The notes under the pieces: generated by a model
The model's input: only the letters and a program-made list of their open reading frames with translations
What the model was told of the DNA's origin: nothing
The model's database searches: none
Assembly (NCBI GenBank): GCA_050248855.1
Contig: JBFWRP010000007.1
Location: 32,001 to 96,000, forward strand
DNA: 64,000 nucleotides
Reading direction: 5' to 3'
DNA from: Planctomycetota bacterium
GTDB lineage: Bacteria; Planctomycetota; PLA2; JAEUHO01
Part shown: one piece after another, positions 9,722 through 19,680 of the stretch
How positions within the stretch are numbered: the stretch's first letter is position 1
Layout: every line of letters begins with the position of its first letter
Program-made: the position numbers and the translations under genes

Positions 9722-9880
9722 CCCAAAATGAAGAGGGCCTCGGTGGGTGACCCACCGAGGCCGGAGTCCAAACCGAGGGACTGTGAGATTAGGGATGTGG
9801 TGGAAGGTTGTGGGTTGACAGGGCATGGGCCCCGGTCTGGACGCCCACGGGCCGCCGAAGCGGTCCGCAGACACCGGCGG
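9722..9880 (-). ncRNA. candidate small structured RNA
   Basis: cUUCGg-capped stem (9848-9867), C/A-rich unstructured middle, perfect 12-bp terminal hairpin (9736-9762) followed by CUCUUCAUUUU. Confidence 0.4.
9725..9762 (-). terminator. intrinsic terminator
   Basis: ggcctcggtggg-tga-cccaccgaggcc perfect stem; U-rich tail on minus strand. Confidence 0.7.
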
Positions 9881-10010
9881 GTGGCCGGTAGGGCCCTATC
9901 GGACGAAACGAGCCCGGGCACACTGGCCGAGCGGAGGAATCAGCGCGTCCATTTGCCTCGACACGCCTTGCTGCTGGGCTTGGGCACGCGGGCGTGCCCC
10001 GTGGCACCAC

Positions 10011-10718
10011 CTACCAGGGACCTGACCCGGGGTCTTCGATGCCCGCCTCGGCAAAGCCCCTGGCCCGCAGCAGGCAGGCGTCGCAGCGGCCACAGGGGCG
10101 GGCCTGGCCATCCGGCCTCGAGCCCGGGTCGTAGCAGGAGAGCGTGAGGGCCCACGGCACCCCGAGGCGCTCCCCCTCCACGACGATGCGCGCCTTCGTC
10201 CAGCGCAGCAGCGGGGCGAGGATGCGGACGGGGTGCCCCTCCACGCCGACCCGGGTGCCCAGACGGGCCACCTCCTCGAACGCCGCGAGGAACCCGGGCC
10301 GGCAATCGGGGTAGCCGCTGTAGTCCAGCGCGTTGACCCCCAACACGATCGCCTGCGCCCCCTCGGCCTCCGCGGCAGCCAGGGCGAGGGCGAGGAACAC
10401 GGTGTTGCGCGCCGGGACGTAGGTAGCGGGGATGCCTTCACCGATCTCGGCGGCCGGCCGGTCCTTGGGCACCTCGCCGTCTCCGACGAGGGCGCTGCCT
10501 CCCAGCGAGGCCAAGTCGACCTCGAGGACGCGGTGGCGGTCCACGCCGAGCGCGGCCCCCACGGCCCGGGCGGCCTCGAGCTCGGCTTCGTGGCGCTGCC
10601 CGTAGGCGAAGGAGAGGGCCGTCAGCACGAAGCCCTGCGCCCGGGCCCACGCGGCCGCCGTGGCCGAGTCCATGCCGCCGCTGAGCAGCACCACGGCCCG
10701 GCGGGGAGCAACCTCCAC
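10011..10718 (-). CDS. queC: 7-cyano-7-deazaguanine synthase
   Basis: AVVLLSGGMDS, YGQRH, TYVPARNTVFL, DYSGYPDCRP, TLSCY..CGRCDACLLR. Confidence 0.97.
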   Translation of the reverse strand: MEVAPRRAVVLLSGGMDSATAAAWARAQGFVLTALSFAYGQRHEAELEAARAVGAALGVDRHRVLEVDLASLGGSALVGDGEVPKDRPAAEIGEGIPATYVPARNTVFLALALAAAEAEGAQAIVLGVNALDYSGYPDCRPGFLAAFEEVARLGTRVGVEGHPVRILAPLLRWTKARIVVEGERLGVPWALTLSCYDPGSRPDGQARPCGRCDACLLRARGFAEAGIEDPGSGPW

Positions 10719-10850
10719 CCTGCGTTCCTCCTGCGGCCTTGCGCCCGGCGCGGGCGGACGGCGCGGCCCGATTCGGACGACGATGCGGCCATCCCTATAC
10801 TCCGCCCGGCGCCCCGCTGCCGCGAGGCGCCCCCCCCCGGGAGAAGGCCC

Positions 10851-11768
10851 ATGCGCGTCCCGTCGATCTTGCCGGCGCTCCTCGCGGTCGCGGCGCTGGC
10901 CGCGGGCTGCGATGCCGGCGCCAAGCGCGGACCCGCCAGCGACAACCACTGGCCCGGCCCGGAGCTGACGATCGTGCAGCCGGGTCCGGACCAGATCGTG
11001 CGCCGCGCCGCGGCGTACGAACCCGTGCGCGGTGAGAACGGCGCCGTCCTGCGCAACGAGGACGGCGAAGCCGCACGCCGCGTCGTGGCGTGGCGCATGC
11101 CGAAGGCGCTGATCGACGTCCGCAGCCCGGGCCTTCCGGCCGACCACGAGGGCGATCGCATCGCGTGGTCGCTGGACGGGGGCCTCGTCGGCTACGTCTC
11201 GATCGCGGAGGCCCGCCGCGGCTTCGAGCTGGATGCGGCAGGTGCCCACGAGCCGGGCACCCATCTGCTCCAAGCCGTCGTGGTCGACGACGAAGGCCTG
11301 CCGTACGCGCATCCCGAGGCCGCCATGGCGTGCGTCTTCCACCTGCACGCCGAGAGCGCCGCCTTCGATCGCTTCGAGCCCGAGGGCGAGACCCCGCTCG
11401 TGCCGCGCCGCTCCGGCGAGCCCGCGTTGTTCGTCCTGGGTCCGCTGGGCACGACGTCTGCGCCCCGCTTCGCGGTGGCCGTCAACGGCAAGCCGCTCGG
11501 CGACCTCTGGCGCGTGACGTGGCGACTGGACGGTCAGGGGGACTGGGCGGCGCTGGCGCCCGGCGAGCCGCTCGACTTCCCGGGTCTCGAGCCCGGCGAG
11601 CACGTCGTGGACCTGCGCCTCGAACACCGCGCGCGCACCGACGACGCGTGGGCGCCCGTGGCCCGCCCGCGTGCCGGCTACGAGGTCAAGGACGGCCGGC
11701 TCGTGCCCTCGGACAAGCCCGCACCCGGCGAGATCGACTTCACGCGGCGCACGTTCACCGTCCAGTAG
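10851..11768 (+). CDS. hypothetical lipoprotein
   Basis: Signal peptide with lipobox LAAG-C; beta-rich, Ig-like repeated halves. Confidence 0.75.
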   Translation: MRVPSILPALLAVAALAAGCDAGAKRGPASDNHWPGPELTIVQPGPDQIVRRAAAYEPVRGENGAVLRNEDGEAARRVVAWRMPKALIDVRSPGLPADHEGDRIAWSLDGGLVGYVSIAEARRGFELDAAGAHEPGTHLLQAVVVDDEGLPYAHPEAAMACVFHLHAESAAFDRFEPEGETPLVPRRSGEPALFVLGPLGTTSAPRFAVAVNGKPLGDLWRVTWRLDGQGDWAALAPGEPLDFPGLEPGEHVVDLRLEHRARTDDAWAPVARPRAGYEVKDGRLVPSDKPAPGEIDFTRRTFTVQ

Positions 11769-11856
11769 GGTCCGGCGGGGAACACTCCGTCGCGCGGGCG
11801 TCGGGGCCGAGGCGAGCCACGGGCACGACGGGAAGCCGGGCCGGGGGCGGTCCCGC

Positions 11857-12357
11857 TCAGACCCGGGGGGCGTCGCGCTCCAGGACGGTGTCCAGCGGGT
11901 CGAAGCCCAACGCGCGCCAGAACGCCTGGGTCTCGGGAGACCGTGCCGGTGCGCAGAGGCGAACGGCTTCGGCGCCCGCCTGTTCCAGCGCGTCCGTCAC
12001 GCGTGACGCCAAGCGGCGACCGATGCCGCGGCGACGTCGGGGGGGAACGACGTAGCAGTCCGCGATCCGGCCGACGCGCCGCGCACCCTGCCACGTGAAG
12101 CCCGGCTCGACGTGGCCGGTCGCGAACCCCACCACCAGGCGCCCGCCCTCTTCCGCGACGGCGATCACGTGGTCGGGGTCGGCAATCCATGCTGCAAAGC
12201 GCGCCGCCAAGTGCTCCCGGGCGCGGGCGTGCGGCACGAGCCGGGGGTCGCGGCGCGCCGTCTCCTCGAGCAGCGCGCTGGCCAGGAGGACGAGGCTGGG
12301 GATGTCCCCGCGTCGAGCGTTGCGGATCGGCAGCCCTTCCACGACGTATTCGTTCAC
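11857..12357 (-). CDS. GNAT family N-acetyltransferase
   Basis: IADCYVVPPRRRRGIGRRL, AQAFW-like TQAFWRALGF. Confidence 0.9.
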   Translation of the reverse strand: MNEYVVEGLPIRNARRGDIPSLVLLASALLEETARRDPRLVPHARAREHLAARFAAWIADPDHVIAVAEEGGRLVVGFATGHVEPGFTWQGARRVGRIADCYVVPPRRRRGIGRRLASRVTDALEQAGAEAVRLCAPARSPETQAFWRALGFDPLDTVLERDAPRV

Positions 12358-12364
12358 CCCCTCC

Positions 12365-12489
12365 GGTGCGGCCGTACGGCTCGCCGGCTGCCCGGTCGCC
12401 GACCCGCCTCGGCTCCTCGGGCAGCTCGGCTGCGAGGCGTCGCCGCTTCGGGCGCGCTACCGTCGCCCTGACGACCCGGTGCGCGGAGG
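12365..12489 (+). repeat. dispersed ~125-bp non-coding repeat, copy 2
   Basis: Inverted homolog of 9580-9704; core ggcgcgctaccgtcgccctgacgacccg also present at 63755-63782. Confidence 0.85.
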
Positions 12490-12570
12490 ACGCCATCTCC
12501 TGCCTGGACGCCGAGGTGCGTCGCGGCTTGCCGCACGGCGGGGAGGGTGAGCGGGTTCTCCACGGCGCAC

Positions 12571-13089
12571 TCAGTCCCCGGTCGAGCGGCGCTCGAACGT
12601 GGTCTGCAGCGCGCGGTACCCCGCGGCCTCGAACCGTCCGAGCGCATGCCCGCTCACGCAGGGGACACGCACGCGGAACACCTCCGCGCCGCGGTGCGCC
12701 AACGCACTCTCCACGACCTCCAGCAGGGCCGGGCCGACGCCTTGGCCCCGGGCGTCCGGCTCGACGTACAGCTCGAGCACCTCGCCGACGTGGTGGCGGG
12801 CCAGCAGCGGGGGCAGCGTCTCGATCTGGCCCATGACGTAGCCCACGAGTCGTGCCGGGTCGGCGGCGCTCTCGGCGACGTACAGCAGGAGGCCCGGCTG
12901 CTCGAACCAGACCGGCAGCATGGCCTCGGTCCGCTCGCGGGCGTCGGGGTGCGTGCGAAGGCGCGGCTCCTCGCGTCCGGACTCGCCGAGGAAGCGGATG
13001 CGCAGATCCACGAGGGCCGGTGCGTCGTGGCGGCGCGCGACGCGCACCCGCCCCCGACCGGCCGGAATCTCGGCCTGTGTCTCGCCCAT
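12571..13089 (-). CDS. GNAT family N-acetyltransferase
   Basis: ELYVEPDARGQGVGPALL, FEAAGY; similar to the neighbouring GNAT. Confidence 0.9.
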   Translation of the reverse strand: MGETQAEIPAGRGRVRVARRHDAPALVDLRIRFLGESGREEPRLRTHPDARERTEAMLPVWFEQPGLLLYVAESAADPARLVGYVMGQIETLPPLLARHHVGEVLELYVEPDARGQGVGPALLEVVESALAHRGAEVFRVRVPCVSGHALGRFEAAGYRALQTTFERRSTGD

Positions 13090-13154
13090 CCTGGGACCCC
13101 CGCCCCGGATGCTACCCCCCGCCCGATGCCCACGCACAAGGCCATTTGGCGCCG

Positions 13155-14381
13155 TTACAGGATGTGCCCCAGCTTCTGGGCCTTGGTGCGCAGGTAGTCG
13201 GCGTTGGCGGGGGTGGCCGGCATGACCAGGGGGACGCGTTCGACGATGTCGAGCCCGTAACCCTGCAGCGAGCGGAACTTGACCGGGTTGTTCGTGAGCA
13301 GCCGCATGCGGCGGACACCCAGGTCGAACAGGATCTGGGCGCCGACGCCGTAGTGACGGTGGTCGGCCTGGAAGCCGAGGCGCTCGTTGGCCTCGACGGT
13401 GTCGAGCCCCTCGTCCTGCAGCGCGTAGGCGCGGATCTTGTTGACCAGCCCGATGCCCCGACCTTCCTGGCGCATGTAGAGGATCACCCCACGGCCTGCC
13501 TGGGCGATCTGGCGCTGCGCGGCGCGCAGCTGCTGGCCGCAATCGCAGCGCTCGCTGTGGAAGAGGTCGCCGGTGAGGCACTCGCTGTGGGCGCGCACGA
13601 GGATCGGCTCGTCCAGCGGCGGGTTGGGCCTGCCCTCGGAGGGGTGCGGCAGGCCCATGGTGAGCGCAAGGTGCGGCTCGGGATCGGCCGTCGCCGAGTA
13701 CGCGTGGATGTCGAAGGTGCCCAGGTCGGTGGGGAGCGCGGCGCTGGCCTCGTGCGTGATCAACCGCTCGCGGCTGCGGCGCCACTCGATGAGGTCGCTC
13801 ACGGAGCAGATCTTCAGGTCGTGCTCGGCGGCGAACTGCTCGATGTCGGGCAGGCGCATCATCTCGCCATCGGGCTTCATCAGCTCCGAGATGACGCCGA
13901 TGGGCTCGAGGCCCGCGAGGCGGCAGAGATCGACCGAGCCCTCGGTCTGCCCGCTGCGCTTGAGGACGCCTTCGTCGACGGCGCGGATCGGGAAGATGTG
14001 ACCGGGACGCGCCAGGTCGTCCGCGCGACAGTCGGGGCGCGCGATGGTGCGGATCGTCGTGGCGCGATCCGCCGCGCTGACGCCGGTGGACACGCCCTCG
14101 CGGGCCTCGACCGTGACCGTGAACTGGGTGCCGAAGCGCGAATCGTTCCGGCCCTTGTCGACCTGCAGCGGCAGGGCGAGGGCGTCCGCCTTCGCGTTGG
14201 GCATCGTCACGCAGATGATGCCGCTCGTGTGACGCAGCATGAACGCCACGTCTTCGGGGCGCGTGAACTGCGCGGCCTGGACGAGGTCGCCCTCGTTCTC
14301 GCGCTTCGGGTCGTCGACGAGGATCACGAAGCGCCCCTGCTCGAGGTCCTCGAAGATCTCGGGAAATGAGGAGAACGGCAT
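13155..14381 (-). CDS. ribBA: bifunctional DHBP synthase / GTP cyclohydrolase II
   Basis: VDDPKRENEGDL, RPGHIFP, VRAHSECLTGD, RCDCGQQL, QEGRGIGL, LLTNNP. Confidence 0.97.
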   Translation of the reverse strand: MPFSSFPEIFEDLEQGRFVILVDDPKRENEGDLVQAAQFTRPEDVAFMLRHTSGIICVTMPNAKADALALPLQVDKGRNDSRFGTQFTVTVEAREGVSTGVSAADRATTIRTIARPDCRADDLARPGHIFPIRAVDEGVLKRSGQTEGSVDLCRLAGLEPIGVISELMKPDGEMMRLPDIEQFAAEHDLKICSVSDLIEWRRSRERLITHEASAALPTDLGTFDIHAYSATADPEPHLALTMGLPHPSEGRPNPPLDEPILVRAHSECLTGDLFHSERCDCGQQLRAAQRQIAQAGRGVILYMRQEGRGIGLVNKIRAYALQDEGLDTVEANERLGFQADHRHYGVGAQILFDLGVRRMRLLTNNPVKFRSLQGYGLDIVERVPLVMPATPANADYLRTKAQKLGHIL

Positions 14382-14437
14382 GGGGCCGAGGGTACGCCCG
14401 TCCGCCCGCCGCGCCGCCCGGTGCCTGAGCGTGGCGG

Positions 14438-16327
14438 TCAGAAGGACAGGTAGGTGCTGCCCTTCAGGCTGGCGCGGTAGTCGCGGATGATGGCCTGGGC
14501 GGCGGTCTTCTTGATGCGACCCGCCTTGACGGCGGCCAGCGCCTCGGCCTCGACGCCCTTGGCCATCATCTCGGGGTCGTAGTCGAAGAGGCGCAGCACG
14601 TCGGTGGGCTCGTCGCCCTTCAGCGTGTGGCTGATCTTGACGGCGCCGTTGGCCGCCACGCGCACGTGCGCCTCGTCGGCGCGACCGAACAGGTTGTGGT
14701 AGTCGCCGAGCACGTCCTGGTAGGCGCCGATCATCGTGATGGCCACGATGTAGGGCTCGCCGTCGCGGATGTCGTGGACGGGCAGCGACGACGACACGTC
14801 GCGCGAGTCCACGAAGCGATCCACCTCGCCGTCCGAGTCGCACGTCACGTCGCAGAGGGTGGCCTGCACGGTGGGCTCCTCGTCCAAGCGGTGCACGGGC
14901 AGCACGGGGAACAGCTGGTCCAGGGCCCACGAGTCGGGGATCGACTGGAAGACGCTGAAGTTGGCGATGTACTTGGTGATGAGGCGCTTCTCCAAGGCCT
15001 CGAACTCGTCGGGCACGAAGCGATCCGCGCGCGCGTGACGCAGCGCCTCCATCTGGATGCGCAGATGCAAGCGCTCGGCCAGCGCCCGATCGCGAAGCGA
15101 CAGGTAGCCGAGGTCGAACAGGCGCTCGAGCTCCTCCCGCTTGTCTTCCGCGTCGTGGAAGTACTCGCGGTGGTTCTTGCGGGTCATGCCCGTGAAGATC
15201 TCGTGCAGGGCGAGCAGGCTGTCGTGGGCGTCGGCCGGCACGATCAGCTCCCCGTTGCCCACGTCGCTCGTCCGGCCCCGGACGTCGCACAGCAACAAGG
15301 CGTGGTACGCCGTCAGCGCGCGTCCCGACTCGCTGACGAGGACCGGACACGGCACGTTCTCCGCTTCGCAGATCTCCTGCACGCTGTAGACGACGTCGTT
15401 GGCGTACTCCACGACCGAGTAGTTCATGCTCGCTTCGTAGGACGTGTTGCTGCCGTCGTAGTCCACACCCAGGCCACCGCCGACATCCAGGTGCGTCAGG
15501 CGGCAACCGAGCGCGCGCAGCTTGGCGTACACGCGGGCGCCCTCCTTGACGGCCGTCTTGATGCGTTTGATCTCCGTGATCTGGCTGCCCGCGTGGAAGT
15601 GCAGCATCTCGAACGCGTCCAGCATGTCGTGGCGCTTGAGCTCCTCGACGGCGTCGAGCAGCTCCTGCGTCGTGAGGCCGAACTTGGCGGCCGAGCCACT
15701 GGACTTCTCCCACTTGCCCGATCCGCGCGCCCGCAGGCGGATGCGGATCCCGATGTGCGGGGTGATGCCGACCTTCTTGGCCACCTCGCAGATCAGCCGG
15801 ATCTCCATCGGCTTCTCGGCGATCATCACGACACGTCGTCCGAGCGCCGTTCCCCGCAAGGCCAAGCGGATGTAGCTCTCGTCCTTGTAGCCGTTGCAGA
15901 CGATCAGCCCGTCGCCGCCCAGGTCCTGCGCGAGGGCCACGGCCAGCTCCGCCTTGCTGCCGGCCTCCAGCCCGAGGTGGCGCCGGCGGCCGGCGCGCAC
16001 GAGCGCCTCGACCACGTCACGGTGCTGGTTCACCTTGATCGGGAACACGCCGTGGTACGAAGCCGGGTACTTGAACTCCTTGATCGCGCGCCGGAAGGCG
16101 CCGGTCAGCTCGTCGACGCGGCTCTCGAGGATCTGCGGGAAGCGCACGAGCATCGGCAGACGCAGCTTCTTGGCGCGCAGCCGGCTGACGAGGTCGAAGA
16201 GGTCGACGCTGGCCGACGTACGCGTGGGCGTGACGAGGAGGTGGCCCTGCTCGCCGATGTCGAAGTAGCCGTTGCCCCACGTCTCGGTGCCGTACAGCCG
16301 ACGCGCTTCGCGGATGCCGAAGGTCAT
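14438..16327 (-). CDS. speA: biosynthetic arginine decarboxylase
   Basis: VFPIKVNQ (PLP lysine), GLEAGSKAEL, HFHAGSQI, DVGGGLGVDYDG, TCDSDG, GAYQDVLG. Confidence 0.97.
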   Translation of the reverse strand: MTFGIREARRLYGTETWGNGYFDIGEQGHLLVTPTRTSASVDLFDLVSRLRAKKLRLPMLVRFPQILESRVDELTGAFRRAIKEFKYPASYHGVFPIKVNQHRDVVEALVRAGRRRHLGLEAGSKAELAVALAQDLGGDGLIVCNGYKDESYIRLALRGTALGRRVVMIAEKPMEIRLICEVAKKVGITPHIGIRIRLRARGSGKWEKSSGSAAKFGLTTQELLDAVEELKRHDMLDAFEMLHFHAGSQITEIKRIKTAVKEGARVYAKLRALGCRLTHLDVGGGLGVDYDGSNTSYEASMNYSVVEYANDVVYSVQEICEAENVPCPVLVSESGRALTAYHALLLCDVRGRTSDVGNGELIVPADAHDSLLALHEIFTGMTRKNHREYFHDAEDKREELERLFDLGYLSLRDRALAERLHLRIQMEALRHARADRFVPDEFEALEKRLITKYIANFSVFQSIPDSWALDQLFPVLPVHRLDEEPTVQATLCDVTCDSDGEVDRFVDSRDVSSSLPVHDIRDGEPYIVAITMIGAYQDVLGDYHNLFGRADEAHVRVAANGAVKISHTLKGDEPTDVLRLFDYDPEMMAKGVEAEALAAVKAGRIKKTAAQAIIRDYRASLKGSTYLSF

Positions 16328-16430
16328 CGCACGCCGCCCTCCTGCCAAGGCCGGAGCCCGCGCTCCGGAGGGCGCGGTTTCTACCACGCGAGGAGCGCTG
16401 GAGGGTCCCCGGCCGCGGAGCGGACGGCGC

Positions 16431-18266
16431 CTAGCGCGTGGGTTCCGGAGCCGGCAGGCCGTCGCGTCCGAGCGGTCGGTACACGGTGCCTTCACGGAGG
16501 TGCTCGATCGCGAAGGGTCCGAGCCGATCCCCTTGGCGCAGCCCGTCGACCGCTTCCGCGCCCTCGACCACGTGGCCGATGACCACGAGCACGTCGGACA
16601 GCTCGCCCACCGTGCCCGTGACGAAGAGGAACCGGGAGCCGACCACGCCCTCCGCCGTGCGTTCGAGAGCGACGGCGCCGCGACGCGGCCGGCGCGGCGA
16701 GTCGGGCACCTCGATCGAGTAGCCGGGCCCGCCGGCGCCAACGTCGGCGCGTGCGGCCTCGGAGGCGCCGTCGGCCGTGCCGGGGTCGCCGAAGGCCACC
16801 CAGCAGCCCGGCACGGTGTGGTGCACCGCGAGCCCGTCGTAGAAGCCCTTCTGCACGAGCCAGATCCATTGGGCGACGGCCTGCATGGCATCGTCCTCGA
16901 ACAGCTCGACGACGACCGGACCCCGTGGCGTGGTGACGCGCACGCGCGGTCGCGGCGAGGGCGGCGTGCTCCAGGCGCGCCGCTCGATGGGCTCGCTCTG
17001 TCGCGCCGACGCAATGCGCTCGCCCAGCTGCACGATCCACGCATCGCCGGGGAAGCGTTCACGCAGCGGCTCCAGCAGGGTCGCTGCGGCGTCCGCCTCG
17101 TTCAGGCGGTAGGCGCGCTCGGCCCGGGCCAGCGCCACGCCGGCGCGGCGCCACGGGTCGTCGCCCGCCGCCTCCTCGAGCGCCGCGATGCGTGCGTCCA
17201 AGGCGGCGAGGTCGTTGGGCTCGCCGGCAGGGGCCTCGAGCGCGCGCCGCGCGGCCAAGCGCGCGTGCAGGCCGTAGCGGGCCTCGTTCCAGCCGGGCGC
17301 GCGCGCCAGCGCGGCCTCGTACGCCGTCGCGGCTTCGTCGAAGAAGCCCATGCGCTCCAAGATGTCACCCCGAGCGACTTCGATGGGGACGAACAGGTCG
17401 GGGCGCGCCTCGAGCATGCGGTCCAGGGGCTCGGTCTGGCGCACGCGCGCCGCGAGGCGGGACATCGCGCGGAACGCGGGGCGCGCGTCGGCGGCTTCCC
17501 CTTCGAACAAAGCCCGTAGCCAGCCGGCGAACGCCGTCCGACGGTCGAGCTCGCGCCGGGCCTCGGCCTCGAGGGCCGCCGCATCGGCGGCCGGAGCCTT
17601 CCAGCCGCCCTTTGGGGCGGCTACCGGCAGCCAGTGCCCGGGCCCGCGCGCGAAGACGCCCGCCGGCGCGTCCGCGACGACGTTGACCGTTCGCGTCAGC
17701 ACGGCCATCCCCAGGCGCCGCGGCGCCCCGGCGTCCGCATGCACGGGCCCCAGGGGCACGTACGCCTCCAGCGTCCAGCGGTCGCGCTGCGAGATGTCGG
17801 ACGCCGCATCGACGGGCAGGTGCACACGCGCGTCGACGAACGGCGCGACGACCGCCACGCGGTCGGCGCGCAGCTCGAACGGGCGGTACGTGAAGCCCCA
17901 GGCATCGGCCGCGGTCAGCGCCTCGGGGCCCGCCACGAACACGTGGAGCCCCAGCCCGGCGCCTGGCGACTCGTCCGCACGAACGCCGATCCACGCTCCC
18001 CTGTCATCGCGCAGCAGCCGCACGTCGACGGCGAGCGGCCTCGTCCCCGTCGGCGACTCGACGTCGGGCACGTCGACGGTCGCTGCGGGAACGACGAGGG
18101 CATCGCTCCAGGCGGCCTCGTCGAGGCGGCCGTCCAGGACGAGCCCCTCGGCGGCAGGGAGCGATCGCGGCGCTTCCTCGGCTCGACCCGGGCCGGCCGA
18201 GGCCACGGCGACGCCCAGCAGCGAGAGGGCGACAAGGCATGTGCGGGACATGGACACGGGCTTCAT
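16431..18266 (-). CDS. secreted multidomain protein (sugar-binding-like N-terminus, TPR, C-terminal cyclophilin-like domain)
   Basis: Signal peptide; LDGRLDEAAW; TPR helices; TPRGPVVVELFEDDA..GFYDGL..GDP..GGPGY. Confidence 0.8.
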   Translation of the reverse strand: MKPVSMSRTCLVALSLLGVAVASAGPGRAEEAPRSLPAAEGLVLDGRLDEAAWSDALVVPAATVDVPDVESPTGTRPLAVDVRLLRDDRGAWIGVRADESPGAGLGLHVFVAGPEALTAADAWGFTYRPFELRADRVAVVAPFVDARVHLPVDAASDISQRDRWTLEAYVPLGPVHADAGAPRRLGMAVLTRTVNVVADAPAGVFARGPGHWLPVAAPKGGWKAPAADAAALEAEARRELDRRTAFAGWLRALFEGEAADARPAFRAMSRLAARVRQTEPLDRMLEARPDLFVPIEVARGDILERMGFFDEAATAYEAALARAPGWNEARYGLHARLAARRALEAPAGEPNDLAALDARIAALEEAAGDDPWRRAGVALARAERAYRLNEADAAATLLEPLRERFPGDAWIVQLGERIASARQSEPIERRAWSTPPSPRPRVRVTTPRGPVVVELFEDDAMQAVAQWIWLVQKGFYDGLAVHHTVPGCWVAFGDPGTADGASEAARADVGAGGPGYSIEVPDSPRRPRRGAVALERTAEGVVGSRFLFVTGTVGELSDVLVVIGHVVEGAEAVDGLRQGDRLGPFAIEHLREGTVYRPLGRDGLPAPEPTR

Positions 18267-18862
18267 GCGAAGGCTGCCAGGGCGAGACCGGCGGCCGCAG
18301 CCGTCGGCAGGTTGTCGTCGGGCGGGATGGGCAGGAGGCTGGCCAGCGCACCGGCCAGGGCCGCCGCGGCCGCCGGTAGCAGACGCGCAGGCGGCCCGAG
18401 CGCCAAGCCCGGGCCGATGCTGCTGCGGTCCAACGCAAGGACGGCGGCGTGAAGTCCCCAGGCGGCCAGCGCCCCCACCACGACATGGGCGAGCGTCCCG
18501 CTCCACGTGCCCTTGGCGTGGCCGAACAAGGCGGGCGAGGCCACGCGCGAGCCCACCCACCCCGCCGCCGCGTCGCCCAGGGCCAGGACGCCCCACGCTC
18601 CGGCGGCCAGCGGTCTCGGCAGGGCCACGACGAGCCCGAGCACCGCGAGCGGATAGGTGCGGACGCCGTTCCACCACCCTTCGCCGGGCCGCCGGAGTCG
18701 GGCGTCCAGGCCCGTCAGCGGAAACACGACGAAGCCGAGGACCACGCCGCCGAGGGCCGCGACCAGATGCCAGGGAGGGGGAAGCAGGCCGAGCGCCAGG
18801 GCGAAAAGCCCGGTCCCCGCATGCACGGCCAGACGCAGGGCGCTCGGCTCGTGCCGCGTCAT
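18263..18862 (-). CDS. dolichol/phytol kinase-like (CTP-transferase family) membrane protein
   Basis: RLAVH, LALGDAAAGWVG, KGTWSGT, DDNL motifs; hydrophobic. Confidence 0.75.
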   Translation of the reverse strand: MTRHEPSALRLAVHAGTGLFALALGLLPPPWHLVAALGGVVLGFVVFPLTGLDARLRRPGEGWWNGVRTYPLAVLGLVVALPRPLAAGAWGVLALGDAAAGWVGSRVASPALFGHAKGTWSGTLAHVVVGALAAWGLHAAVLALDRSSIGPGLALGPPARLLPAAAAALAGALASLLPIPPDDNLPTAAAAGLALAAFA

Positions 18863-19680
18863 GCTGCGCCCTGCGCCACGGTGCGGTCGAGCAACAGCCC
18901 GCCCGGTGCGAGAACCCGCCGCGCCTCGGCCCGCACGCGCTCGAGGTCGGTCCACGGCCCGCGGCCGTCGCCGGTCGCGAGCACGACGATGTGGAAGGCG
19001 CCGCTGGCCAGGGGCAGGGCCGCGGCGTCGCCGGCCACGAAGTCCACGCCGTCGCGCACGAGGGCATCCAGGTCGATCGGCACTTCCTTGGGCACGCCCG
19101 GAGCGCGGGGCGCAGGGACGGGCAGCAGGAAGGGCCCGTCGGTGACGGCGATGTTGCGTGCGCGGCGAACGCGCGCAAGGCTCCAGTCCACGCCCAGCAC
19201 GGCGTCGGCGAAGGCCCTCAGCTCGAAGACGGCGCGGCCCGCGCCGCATCCGATGACGAGCCCGTACGGCACGGAGTCGCCGCCGACGCGCGCGCGCAGC
19301 GCGTCCACGAGGGCGACGTCGTCGGGGTGCGGCCGTGTGTCGACCTCCGCCGGCGCATCGCGAACGAGGTCGCGGTAGTGCTCCGTCACCTCCTCGAAGG
19401 GCACGGCGTCGTGGCCGGCGCCCGCCACGCGGCGCAGGCGACGCACGACGCGTGGGTCGATGAGGGGCGTGCGCGCGATCACGTTTCCGTGTTCGCGGAT
19501 CCACGCGTCCAGATCGGGGGGGAGGAGCGCGACGCCCGCGGCGATGACACCGGCCCGGAGACGCGTCGGCTCCACCAGGAACCCCTCGACGATCTCGCCC
19601 TCGGCGCGCCGGGTCGCATCCAGCTCGAGCGGCTCGCTGCCACCCGGCCAGGCCAGCACGGGAAGGTGCCGGCGGTTCAA
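18859..19680 (-). CDS. class I SAM-dependent methyltransferase-like protein
   Basis: GLVIGCGAGR, VLGVDWS, GDAAALPLASGAF, RVLAPGG. Confidence 0.75.
   Translation of the reverse strand: MNRRHLPVLAWPGGSEPLELDATRRAEGEIVEGFLVEPTRLRAGVIAAGVALLPPDLDAWIREHGNVIARTPLIDPRVVRRLRRVAGAGHDAVPFEEVTEHYRDLVRDAPAEVDTRPHPDDVALVDALRARVGGDSVPYGLVIGCGAGRAVFELRAFADAVLGVDWSLARVRRARNIAVTDGPFLLPVPAPRAPGVPKEVPIDLDALVRDGVDFVAGDAAALPLASGAFHIVVLATGDGRGPWTDLERVRAEARRVLAPGGLLLDRTVAQGAA

Noticed and set aside
9895..9912. Hammerhead ribozyme suggested by GGACGAAAC
   Set aside because: No CUGAnGA core found at a compatible position.
14382..14437. FMN riboswitch before ribBA (and preQ1 riboswitch before queC)
   Set aside because: The ribBA leader is too short, and neither leader shows the conserved motifs.
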